Positions 18,122-26,427 of a DNA stretch of 64,000 nt are shown here, one piece after another; positions within the stretch are counted from its first letter, which is position 1; each line of letters opens with the position of its first letter. The stretch spans positions 160,001-224,000 of the IMG/VR virus record IMGVR_UViG_3300045988_179268; one strand, written 5' to 3'. A program made the translations under genes and the position numbers. The notes below the pieces were generated by a model, which was not told the DNA's origin, ran no database searches, and saw only the letters and a program-made list of their open reading frames with translations. The stretch is from a virus.

Positions 18122-19024
18122 TTAACTACCCACTGGGTTAGAAATGACATACTTATCACGTTCACCAGATGGAACATGAATGATGCTGACAGCACTAGCT
18201 TTACCTGCATCAAGCTCATCATGGCTACGGCTACAAAACAATGTATTCACGTTGTCCTGAACAGGGCAAAGAGTAGTACGGGCGGAAACGCCTAAATGCT
18301 CGCCCACATCAATTTTACGAACAACATACGGAGCTTCACCAGGACTCAAATCCTCAACAACCTCAACACGCCTCAACGCATCTACAGTATCGCCAGCATT
18401 AGGCATCACAATATTACCACCCTGAGTATTCTGCTCACCCCACTGATATTCAACCACCCCATCATCCTTACGGCTCTCAATAACCTTACCCACAAGAAGG
18501 TTGCGCTGAACAGAGTCATGGTAGCCGCCAGAAGCATCTTGATAATAGGTAGTTGCAGGAATCGGCTGGTTCATGAAATATGCATCCACGCCAACAGGGA
18601 CAGCAACAGAACCGAGGATGATAGCTGATAGTAAATAGTTACACTTGTCGGAACGCGACAAAAGCCCATCTTTACTTTTTGATAAGAAGAACTTAACTAC
18701 TGGGAGCAAAATAAGCACCGCAGGCATAGATAAGAGCCACATCAAAGACCCACTAAAGGCACCCAGAATATTAACCAAGAAAAGCACCGTAAAAGCCAAC
18801 GTAAACGCGACCTCAGAGTCGGCAAGCTCTCCCTTAAACTCACCCCACCAGCCAGCACCACCTTCAGCATTAGCATTGTCAGCGTTTTCAGGTGAACGTC
18901 CCTGCTGACGCTTGAGTAGGCAATATGGTGCCACCGTAGCAACTCCAGCCACCACCACAAGAAACGTAATGACAGCATAATAAATATTCATCAGTCCAAC
19001 AGGTAATAACGGATAATGGAACAT
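18122..19024 (-). CDS. membrane protein, tandem paralog 1 of 3, 300 aa
   Basis: GEAPYVVRKIDV, a Cys pair, IHVPSGERDKYV. Confidence 0.75.
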   Translation of the reverse strand: MFHYPLLPVGLMNIYYAVITFLVVVAGVATVAPYCLLKRQQGRSPENADNANAEGGAGWWGEFKGELADSEVAFTLAFTVLFLVNILGAFSGSLMWLLSMPAVLILLPVVKFFLSKSKDGLLSRSDKCNYLLSAIILGSVAVPVGVDAYFMNQPIPATTYYQDASGGYHDSVQRNLLVGKVIESRKDDGVVEYQWGEQNTQGGNIVMPNAGDTVDALRRVEVVEDLSPGEAPYVVRKIDVGEHLGVSARTTLCPVQDNVNTLFCSRSHDELDAGKASAVSIIHVPSGERDKYVISNPVGS

Positions 19025-19173
19025 GGTGGTACTTTCTTGAGATATATTACATCACCTATCAGGATACCATTATCGGCATCTCGCGCCCCTTCTAAATCTG
19101 TAGAGCCTATGAAATGTGGTGAGTGTAACAGTATGACCAGCGCCCCCAGAACTCGCCCCATAAGCCGCAAATC

Positions 19174-19184
19174 TGTGCTACACT
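19174..19184 (+). promoter_or_regulatory. extended -10 promoter motif (TGTGCTACACT)
   Basis: GCAAATCTGTGCTACACTTTAG; inside the ORF-track N-terminus of 19016-19507. Confidence 0.7.
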
Positions 19185-19234
19185 TTAGCTATAAAGTACT
19201 TACAACATCCCACAAGAAAGGTGGGCATCATACC

Positions 19235-19507
19235 ATGTCCAATCGTGACGGCAAATACAACCACTGGCATTGGAAAGGTGGCAAGCGGTACACCTTAGAG
19301 GAAAACGAGAAACGCAAGGTGTATTACCCGTGGCGCAACGGCGAAGACCTTGCCAATATCGCTAAGGCATACAATACGACTGGCGCAGTTGATGAGGACT
19401 ATGAAGACCGCGCATCACGCCGCCACCGCCGCCCCCACCCAGAAGGGTGCGAATCCAAGTCATGCGACTCTTGCTGGGTTATCGTAATGGATAAACACCT
19501 CCTCTAA
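19235..19507 (+). CDS. small basic protein, 90 aa
   Basis: First ATG after the promoter (MSNRDGKYNHW), SD AAAGGTGGG. Confidence 0.6.
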   Translation: MSNRDGKYNHWHWKGGKRYTLEENEKRKVYYPWRNGEDLANIAKAYNTTGAVDEDYEDRASRRHRRPHPEGCESKSCDSCWVIVMDKHLL

Positions 19508-19534
19508 CATTGAGAGAGAGGGGCTGGATGCACC

Positions 19535-19582
19535 AAGGGCACTGAGTGAAAGTTACAGGTTCACCCAGTGCCCTTTTCTTGT
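19535..19582 (+). terminator. rho-independent terminator
   Basis: AAGGGCACTG / CAGTGCCCTT followed by TTTCTT. Confidence 0.7.
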
Positions 19583-19702
19583 GCCTACTTGTGAATGGCT
19601 TACGAGCATCGCCGCTACAGCCACTCACGGTATAATTAACCTTTAATCCAATTTGTGTAAAATTGTAGTTTCCTGTAGCCCATTGTTGATGCATACTCAC
19701 CT

Positions 19703-19713
19703 TGTGGTACAAT
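19703..19713 (+). promoter_or_regulatory. extended -10 promoter motif (TGTGGTACAAT)
   Basis: Overlaps the ORF-track ATG at 19712, so the tnpB start is 19739. Confidence 0.65.
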
Positions 19714-19738
19714 GAGCATAAATGAAAGGAGGAACCTG

Positions 19739-21010
19739 ATGCAACTGACGGAGAGGCACCTTGTTAAGCCGAACCATGAGCTTTATGCGACCCTGGATGA
19801 CTTAACGTTCAAGGCTAAGAACCTTTACAATCATGGGCTATATCTGTACCGTCAGTCGTATTTTGAACACAAAAAGAGCCCTGATGCGCCGGTCTTAACC
19901 TGGGTGGATATTGATAAGAGCCTGCGTAAACAGGGGCACGATGATATTCGTGCTTTGCCGTCTAAAGTCGCTAATGCTGTGCTAAAAAACTTAGGCGAAA
20001 ACATCACGTCGTTTTGGAAATTAGTGCGCCTAAAAAATAGTGGTAAGCTGGCACAAAAGCCTAAGCTCCCTCATTATCTTCATAAGACTGATGGGCGTTA
20101 CGCTGTGTCTTTTAATTATCAGACTTTTGGCAATAAACGTGGCGCTAACGGGGAGCTATTCTTATGCCCAAAGGGTATTAATCTCCCCATTCCTACTAAG
20201 ATTGCTAATCCTAAGCAGGTTCGTATTGTTCCCAACCTCAATAATTTTATTATTGAGGTTATTTATGACGCGGAAGAAAGTGCGCCTAAAAGCACGTCTA
20301 AATATGCTGGTATTGATTTAGGAGTAGATAATTTTGCTACCATCACATTCTCCACCCAAAACCAACCCCTCATTATTAAGGGTCTTGAATTAAAGTCCAT
20401 CAATCAGGGCTATAACCGTCTTATCGCCAAGGCACAGTCTTTGCTTCCAGGTTCCCAGAAGACAAGTCAGTCCATCCACCGTCTTTGGTCACGTCGCTCG
20501 TGGATTCTTCGCACGAAAATCCATCAGATGACAGCGTTCCTAGCTACTCTTTTTGACGAGATGCAGATTGAAAAAGTCTTCATTGGGAAAAATACTGGCT
20601 GGAAGCAGAACCTGCCTTTCGGCAAGAAGGTTAAACAGCGATTCGCATTTCTACCTTATGAAACTTTTATTGAGCAATTGCAGTATAAATGCCAATTGCG
20701 AGGAATTACTGTCATTACCCAGGAAGAATCCTACACATCTAAGGCGAGCTTCCTAGATAATGATGATATTCCTGTTTACGGTGAGACAGAGAATCCAAAG
20801 TTTTCTGGACGCAGGATTAAGCGAGGACTTTACAAAACCAGTGATGGGCGACTAATCAATGCTGACGTTAATGGGTCATATAACATTATGCGAAAAGGAC
20901 TGATGAACAATAATCAGTCCTTACGTGTGGACAACCCATTAATTCATCCCCTTGTCGTCAAGGGAATTGGGCAGGAATCTAACGATAAGTTGGTTCAACT
21001 ATACATGTAA
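19739..21010 (+). CDS. tnpB: TnpB-like protein (IS200/IS605 OrfB family), subclass without zinc ribbon, about 423 aa
   Basis: GIDLGVDNFATI (RuvC-I Asp), IGKNTGWKQ, EESYTSKASF, NADVNGSYNIMRKG (RuvC-III Asp); SD AAAGGAGG. Confidence 0.85.
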   Translation: MQLTERHLVKPNHELYATLDDLTFKAKNLYNHGLYLYRQSYFEHKKSPDAPVLTWVDIDKSLRKQGHDDIRALPSKVANAVLKNLGENITSFWKLVRLKNSGKLAQKPKLPHYLHKTDGRYAVSFNYQTFGNKRGANGELFLCPKGINLPIPTKIANPKQVRIVPNLNNFIIEVIYDAEESAPKSTSKYAGIDLGVDNFATITFSTQNQPLIIKGLELKSINQGYNRLIAKAQSLLPGSQKTSQSIHRLWSRRSWILRTKIHQMTAFLATLFDEMQIEKVFIGKNTGWKQNLPFGKKVKQRFAFLPYETFIEQLQYKCQLRGITVITQEESYTSKASFLDNDDIPVYGETENPKFSGRRIKRGLYKTSDGRLINADVNGSYNIMRKGLMNNNQSLRVDNPLIHPLVVKGIGQESNDKLVQLYM

Positions 21011-21073
21011 CCCTAAACATTTTTTTGTGAGGGGGTAGAGGTGCTGTAGGGTGCCTATAACAGGCTCTACCTG

Positions 21074-21451
21074 TTATGAATTAAATGTAAACAGATTGTT
21101 GTTTTTGCAACGCTTCGATACACCATTTAAACCTATCTGTTCGGGTGTTGCGCCTAGTTGCTGGGCACCCGGCGTAGCTTGAATAGCTTCAACTATTTCA
21201 TCAACCTCAACGGTAGACACATTCAGCATGGGGTTATTCTTACCAATATCGTCAATAACCTCATGTACCGCTTCTGCGTTCATGTAGTCCACATTGAAAA
21301 AGGGTAAGGTGTTCCACATGTCTTTCCCTAGTGTGGGTTCACAGCTTACGGTGAGCGCTACAATGACGTCGCGCATGAACGCATCTAGCATGACGTTGCG
21401 CTGTACCTTCTCAGGGTTGCGGTTTCTGAACCACCCTAGCGGATTAAACAT
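21074..21451 (-). CDS. hypothetical protein, 125 aa
   Basis: SD GGAAGGA. Confidence 0.65.
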   Translation of the reverse strand: MFNPLGWFRNRNPEKVQRNVMLDAFMRDVIVALTVSCEPTLGKDMWNTLPFFNVDYMNAEAVHEVIDDIGKNNPMLNVSTVEVDEIVEAIQATPGAQQLGATPEQIGLNGVSKRCKNNNLFTFNS

Positions 21452-21547
21452 CTAAAAAGTTCCTTCCAGCAGTAGTTAGGTGATGTTACGAAATATTCTA
21501 CAGCATCAATGCCGCTAAACAGCTATCTGTACATAAAACAGGCAATA

Positions 21548-21558
21548 TGTGGTACAAT
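21548..21558 (+). promoter_or_regulatory. extended -10 promoter motif (TGTGGTACAAT)
   Basis: Upstream of ORF 21599. Confidence 0.7.
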
Positions 21559-21598
21559 ACTTCCTGTAAGGAACTTTATTAACTAGGAGAAAATCATC

Positions 21599-22021
21599 AT
21601 GACCACGACTGACGTATTTACTCGTAAGTACACTTCGGAAGAGGCACGCGCCATCAAGGAAGTGGGCTATGGGCTTCACTCCACTACACCGGAAACCGCG
21701 AAGAAGTACCTCAACACAGGAGGTATCCTCGCCCTCCAGTGGAACCACAGCAACAGCATGTACTACTCAGAGCATGACGAAACCTACGTACCCGTCTGTG
21801 TACTAAAGCTTGTAGCCTTCAACATTGAAGACGACACAGTAACCCGTGAATATGACCTACGCGATGAGAGGGATACCCTCGAAATTGACACAGACGTACT
21901 GCTACTCAGCTCAGCTATTAACGCCGAAGACCCTGAACCGTACAAGTCACTAGAAGATGTCATGCTAAAGGTTGCTGGGCTGACCCGCAACGACCTCGTA
22001 GGCATCATCAACTATCTTTAA
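21599..22021 (+). CDS. hypothetical protein, 140 aa
   Basis: SD AGGAGA. Confidence 0.7.
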   Translation: MTTTDVFTRKYTSEEARAIKEVGYGLHSTTPETAKKYLNTGGILALQWNHSNSMYYSEHDETYVPVCVLKLVAFNIEDDTVTREYDLRDERDTLEIDTDVLLLSSAINAEDPEPYKSLEDVMLKVAGLTRNDLVGIINYL

Positions 22022-22058
22022 CAATACCTCTATCCAACCCCGCCGAAAGGAACCACAG

Positions 22059-22724
22059 ATGAACAACGTTAGCGACTACCGCGAAAAGCACGCAGAAACC
22101 GCTGAGAAATGCCTCAACGCCATCCAGAAAGAAGTTACCGATGCAACCACGCTACATGCCACTAGCATCAATAAGGTAAATAACGCAGGTGAGGCACACC
22201 ACATCGCCCGCGACATGTTCCGCCATGCACAGCGCCTCCGCCGCCTGGCAGACACCCTCACCCTAATCTCTGTACACCAGATGAGCATGAATCACCTAGT
22301 GCTGGCTGGCGAGCCTCAGGAAAATATTGAGGCAATTGACCGTAAATATTACTGGGAACTACATGGCGACATTGAGCCGCCTCTGCTTAACTACGACGCT
22401 CCCGCATCCCGCATCCAGATTGAAATGCTTATCAAGCTGTCCGACTCTGACGCGGTAAAGATTTTCGACACGCCCCGCCACCTTGTAGATGTCACCTTCC
22501 GACAGGCGAGCACTGGTGCATTCTATGTTGATTTCAAGTGTGGTGCTGAGGACGTTATTACCGCATCATCGGCTTTGGGGATGGATTCTCTAACCCGTGA
22601 GATTGTTGCTAATGCGGCTTTGAACCATTTGCGCGGCTTGGCGTGGGCTGTAACCCCTGTCGATAACTCAGGCACCTACAAGCTTAACGCTACGATTGAG
22701 GTTGCCGTCGCACCCGCGCTGTAA
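22059..22724 (+). CDS. hypothetical protein, 221 aa
   Basis: SD GAAAGGA; probably co-transcribed with 21599. Confidence 0.7.
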   Translation: MNNVSDYREKHAETAEKCLNAIQKEVTDATTLHATSINKVNNAGEAHHIARDMFRHAQRLRRLADTLTLISVHQMSMNHLVLAGEPQENIEAIDRKYYWELHGDIEPPLLNYDAPASRIQIEMLIKLSDSDAVKIFDTPRHLVDVTFRQASTGAFYVDFKCGAEDVITASSALGMDSLTREIVANAALNHLRGLAWAVTPVDNSGTYKLNATIEVAVAPAL

Positions 22725-22742
22725 GACTCCATAGAGTAATAA

Positions 22743-22779
22743 ACGCAAGGGGGCGAGGAAATACCTTGCTCCCTTGCGT
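22743..22779 (+). terminator. hairpin terminator
   Basis: ACGCAAGGG / CCCTTGCGT. Confidence 0.55.
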
Positions 22780-22833
22780 ACTTGCAGGCAGACCAGCTTC
22801 AAAGACATCTACATATATGAGAAGAGATATTCT

Positions 22834-23493
22834 ATGTTCAACATTCCTCCGCTAATTGTTGTTGAGAACCCTTGGTGGTTTGTCCTTATTGCGCCAGCCT
22901 TTGCTGGAGTCCTTATCGGCATCATCTTGTGGATTATCAACACCTTAGACAGGCTGTCCGCCACCCAAGGATGGTTTGGGGTGGAGAAAATCACGGCAGA
23001 GGAATACAGTAAGCGTTGGAAAGCCAGTAGGGAAAATCTGGTAGCTGAGGTTGAATCTGGCAAGCCGCTTCACGAGATTGACGTAGCAGAAATTAGCCCT
23101 CAGACCCTAATCCTGAGGCGACTGCATATGGTTAGCTACATCCCCGTCCTATTGATTATTTGGAACGCCGCCCATAATGCACATGTTGGTGACTGGCAGA
23201 TTATTGGTATGACCCTAGCCGCTGTTGTATCACATGTGCTCATTGGTCTAGGCATCGCATACCTGACCCTCCAGATACTTAACATCCTAACCTACATCAT
23301 CATGACACCTGTTGTCTTCATCAAGGTTGCCATCAATTTTGATGAGTATTCTGAGAAGTACCATGAGGAGAAGAAACGTGCATCTGCTACAGAGGAAGCT
23401 AATGCCACTGATGTGAATAAAGATGATGAATTATACTCTAAGAAGCTGTCTAAGCGCCGACACCGAAACAATTCAGAGGAAAGGTTTGAGTAG
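22834..23493 (+). CDS. membrane protein with K/E-rich tail, about 219 aa
   Basis: Start moved to MFNIPPLIVV; TM helices. Confidence 0.6.
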   Translation: MFNIPPLIVVENPWWFVLIAPAFAGVLIGIILWIINTLDRLSATQGWFGVEKITAEEYSKRWKASRENLVAEVESGKPLHEIDVAEISPQTLILRRLHMVSYIPVLLIIWNAAHNAHVGDWQIIGMTLAAVVSHVLIGLGIAYLTLQILNILTYIIMTPVVFIKVAINFDEYSEKYHEEKKRASATEEANATDVNKDDELYSKKLSKRRHRNNSEERFE

Positions 23494-24038
23494 TGCATTC
23501 TCTCATTCATGATTACCCCGCACTATTCCCCATTTTAGGAGGAGTATTCTTCGCTGTTGGCTTTGGCGTAATGCTGGGGCTGATAGTGGTGCAAGATGAG
23601 TCCAACAATCTCTTACGAAACACTGCTCTGGAATATAAGAGCATCTTCTATTTCATTGGTTCAGTACTTGCGGTAGGAACAATTCTTCATGCAGGTATTA
23701 CCGCCCCAACTGGAGGCTTCACGGACTCGCTTACCAATGCGGGCGGCACAGCGGTAGGCATCGCTGTCTACTTCCTGCTGGCACCTATCATCATGGCGGT
23801 AGTTAGCGGCATAGTTCAGCTACTTGTTATCACACCTGTCTGCTGGCTGTATCGGGTCTGCAAAGAAGCCGTACAGGACGAAAAGAGGGTGAAGCCTCTT
23901 GCAGGTAAGCTTACAGAACCACGGAAGCCCCTAATGGAGACACGGGTCGGAAACATTGTGCGGGGTGTGTTGAAAGCCGTTTCTGCGTTTTGTAGTTTCA
24001 CTTACAAATGCATGACATTCAATATTAACCGCCGATAA
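23493..24038 (+). CDS. membrane protein, 181 aa
   Basis: GTG start 8 nt after GAAAGG; overlaps the preceding stop. Confidence 0.6.
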   Translation: MHSLIHDYPALFPILGGVFFAVGFGVMLGLIVVQDESNNLLRNTALEYKSIFYFIGSVLAVGTILHAGITAPTGGFTDSLTNAGGTAVGIAVYFLLAPIIMAVVSGIVQLLVITPVCWLYRVCKEAVQDEKRVKPLAGKLTEPRKPLMETRVGNIVRGVLKAVSAFCSFTYKCMTFNINRR

Positions 24039-24049
24039 TAGTTGAACCC

Positions 24050-24059
24050 ATGTTACAAT
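24050..24059 (+). promoter_or_regulatory. extended -10-like motif (ATGTTACAAT)
   Basis: TGNTACAAT; abuts the terminator hairpin 24061-24100. Confidence 0.4.
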
Positions 24060-24060
24060 T

Positions 24061-24112
24061 GGGGTGAATGAAGAACTGACCAATGTCCTCCATTCACCCC
24101 AATTATTTTTTC
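24061..24112 (+). terminator. rho-independent terminator
   Basis: GGGGTGAATG / CATTCACCCC followed by AATTATTTTTT. Confidence 0.7.
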
Positions 24113-24131
24113 ACTTTAAGGAGCAAAACCT

Positions 24132-24602
24132 ATGGGAAATATCCCCAATATTGGTGAAAGCTACACCAGCCGCGCAGACGCTTGCGCAAAATACATTGAA
24201 AAGAAGCTCAGGTCACACGGAAACACCCGCAACGACCTTAAAGAGTACCTTAGCAAAGATGGCTGGACTCACGACATCGAAGTAGCGAACAATGTGTACC
24301 GTCACCCGCAAGCGCACGCAGAGTTTGACGGCAACGAAACTCTTGCCGCCGCACACAAAGCTTTTGAAACCACCGACATTATCGGCAAACTTGACGAGTA
24401 CCTTGCCCGCAATAACGACACGCTAAGCGAGAATAGTTTGGCGATACTTGCAACCCATTTCGCGTACTCCATTGTTGGTGCTATTGACCGGGTAGACAAT
24501 AAGCGGTACGGGGCACTGTTTAACGGCGCACCTAATAATGACAACAATCAGCATATAAGGAAGCCAGGCAAAGGATTCTTCTCCCGCATTTTCGGGTTTT
24601 AA
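24132..24602 (+). CDS. hypothetical protein, 156 aa
   Basis: SD AAGGAG. Confidence 0.7.
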   Translation: MGNIPNIGESYTSRADACAKYIEKKLRSHGNTRNDLKEYLSKDGWTHDIEVANNVYRHPQAHAEFDGNETLAAAHKAFETTDIIGKLDEYLARNNDTLSENSLAILATHFAYSIVGAIDRVDNKRYGALFNGAPNNDNNQHIRKPGKGFFSRIFGF

Positions 24603-24678
24603 TGGAGATGGTCGGCATGTATCTATCAGCATCATGTAGAGGTGGTGTTAAACTTGTAGAACATAAAGGAGAAATAAG

Positions 24679-25242
24679 ATGCTTAAATCTGAGAATTATG
24701 ATGAGCTACAGATAATTTTAGAGAACCACGGGCTAGACAATCTTTTCGTTCGTATCAAAGATGGTGTAGATGATTCACCGCCAACCTTAATCTTTAATGT
24801 GCCCTCATCCATTACTGTAAGCTATTTTGAGCGACTTTTGAAGCACTATCTACCTGACAACACTATTCAAGTTATTTCCGGGTTTAACGCCGTAGAATCG
24901 GTTCAAACGTTTACCCGGCGCGAGAAGCAGAAATGGCGTGATGTTCTGTGTGCCGTACTTCCTGACGGTGATAAATGCTTCTTCGGCATTCACAGCCAAA
25001 ACACATCCGGTAGACGCAACCTGAGTATATTCCGGGATGAATCTTGCAATCCGAAGATACCTACTGGTCTTCACTACAGCTCAAGCGGCTATGCCGTTGC
25101 GTTTCTTGAGAGCGATATAGGGCACGGAATCCTCAATGCCATATCTGCCGCCGAAGATATTATCGACGTACCTAACGCACCTCGTTCACTTGAACAAGTT
25201 TGGGATGCCGCTATCAATGATTGGCTCAACATCCAGCATTAA
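24679..25242 (+). CDS. hypothetical protein, 187 aa
   Basis: SD AAAGGAG. Confidence 0.7.
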   Translation: MLKSENYDELQIILENHGLDNLFVRIKDGVDDSPPTLIFNVPSSITVSYFERLLKHYLPDNTIQVISGFNAVESVQTFTRREKQKWRDVLCAVLPDGDKCFFGIHSQNTSGRRNLSIFRDESCNPKIPTGLHYSSSGYAVAFLESDIGHGILNAISAAEDIIDVPNAPRSLEQVWDAAINDWLNIQH

Positions 25243-25297
25243 TTCCACCAACATTTCCCAATAAAGACCAGGCACATCCTTAAGGAGAGCTACTTAC

Positions 25298-26257
25298 ATG
25301 AAAAACTATGAAGAGTTTACGCCAACTTACATTTTTATCCCGAAAGAAGAGGGGGATGAGTCAGGGGTTTTCGGTATTGGTCTAAATCCCAGCCCCGTTG
25401 AACCTGAGGAAGATGGCGGTAACTCGAAAGACGAAGAATCTTTTACTGAACTCATTAAAAGCTGTTTGAAGAAGGTATCGTTTTGGAAGAAAGAAGAGAG
25501 TGACATAGCGGAGCCTCAGCATAACGAAGATACCGGGAAAATCACTGTTCTTAATAAGAGCGGTGATAACATTACGGCTATCTATGTGCACACTTCCAAT
25601 CCCCCGAAAAATTCAGATGTAATGAATGCGCCACTAACACCAATGGCGCTCCTCATGGGCACTGGAGCAAGCAAATACCACCCTACCCCACTGGTAGATT
25701 TAACACCGCCTATCTCGGATGAGGAACGGGCGGCTATCGAGGCTGAGAAGCAGGAGAAGGCGCGTCTACACGAAGACTCTGCCAAGCTATCTGGTATCCC
25801 TATCACGGAAGAAGAAGCCGAGGCGTATATTCAGAGGCGATGGAACCCAGACCTTGTAAGAAGCTTTGACCACGGAGGCGGCAAAGGCAAAGAGTACTAT
25901 GTCTCCGTATGGGTCCATTGCCACCCGAGTAAGCGTTTCGGCAAGAAAGGTTTCACGAGGGCACTTGAAGCACTCAACCCTGACCTGTTCCACGAAATCA
26001 TTATTGATGACGAAGATGGTTATTGGGGTTGGGATGATACCCGCATCTACTTTAAGGGCGCATCTGGTACACTCTTTGAAGTAACCTGCTATAAGGTTAG
26101 GCGCGGCGACTTCTACATAGACATGGGAGCCGGATTACACGGCGGTGAAACCCCTATTACGGCAGAAAACTTTGCAGAACTAGAAGCTGTGATTGAAGTA
26201 TTCAAATATTTCAATTCGTTGCCGCCAACCCTACTTAGCGATGATGATGACGAATAG
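25298..26257 (+). CDS. hypothetical acidic protein, 319 aa
   Basis: SD AAGGAG. Confidence 0.7.
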   Translation: MKNYEEFTPTYIFIPKEEGDESGVFGIGLNPSPVEPEEDGGNSKDEESFTELIKSCLKKVSFWKKEESDIAEPQHNEDTGKITVLNKSGDNITAIYVHTSNPPKNSDVMNAPLTPMALLMGTGASKYHPTPLVDLTPPISDEERAAIEAEKQEKARLHEDSAKLSGIPITEEEAEAYIQRRWNPDLVRSFDHGGGKGKEYYVSVWVHCHPSKRFGKKGFTRALEALNPDLFHEIIIDDEDGYWGWDDTRIYFKGASGTLFEVTCYKVRRGDFYIDMGAGLHGGETPITAENFAELEAVIEVFKYFNSLPPTLLSDDDDE

Positions 26258-26310
26258 TTGTGCGACCGGCTACTCGACATACAGGTAGCAGGTCACTGGC
26301 AAAACTTTTT

Positions 26311-26356
26311 ATAATCCCCCTATATGTCCACTAGTTGTGACACATAGGGGGATTAT
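26311..26356 (+). terminator. 13-bp perfect hairpin
   Basis: ATAATCCCCCTAT / ATAGGGGGATTAT. Confidence 0.6.
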
Positions 26357-26427
26357 GCGGTATGATTAACCTTGACATGCTATGTCACATAACATTTCAC
26401 AGCCAACAAACCATAAGGAAATCACAC

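Larger units (their letters stand above)
19583..21073 (+). mobile_element. putative TnpB-only IS200/IS605-type insertion (boundaries uncertain)
   Basis: A tnpB gene fills the gap between the terminator at 19582 and the convergent gene at 21074. Hairpins are present in the 3' tail (CCCTTG-TCGT-CAAGGG; TAACAGG/CCTGTTA). Confidence 0.4.

Noticed and set aside
19739-21010. Calling the first TnpB nuclease-dead because the canonical RuvC-II Glu strand reads IGKNTGWKQ
   Set aside because: I recall this motif set (KNxGWKQ, EsYTSK, nADvNG) as a regular TnpB subclass with a relocated acidic residue. Inactivity cannot be inferred by eye.
24050-24112. Promoter-like ATGTTACAAT followed by a terminator hairpin, considered as a transcription attenuator for ORF 24132
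   Set aside because: A start 6-8 nt after the -10 would fall inside the 5' arm of the hairpin. The simpler reading is an upstream-operon terminator overlapping the next promoter.
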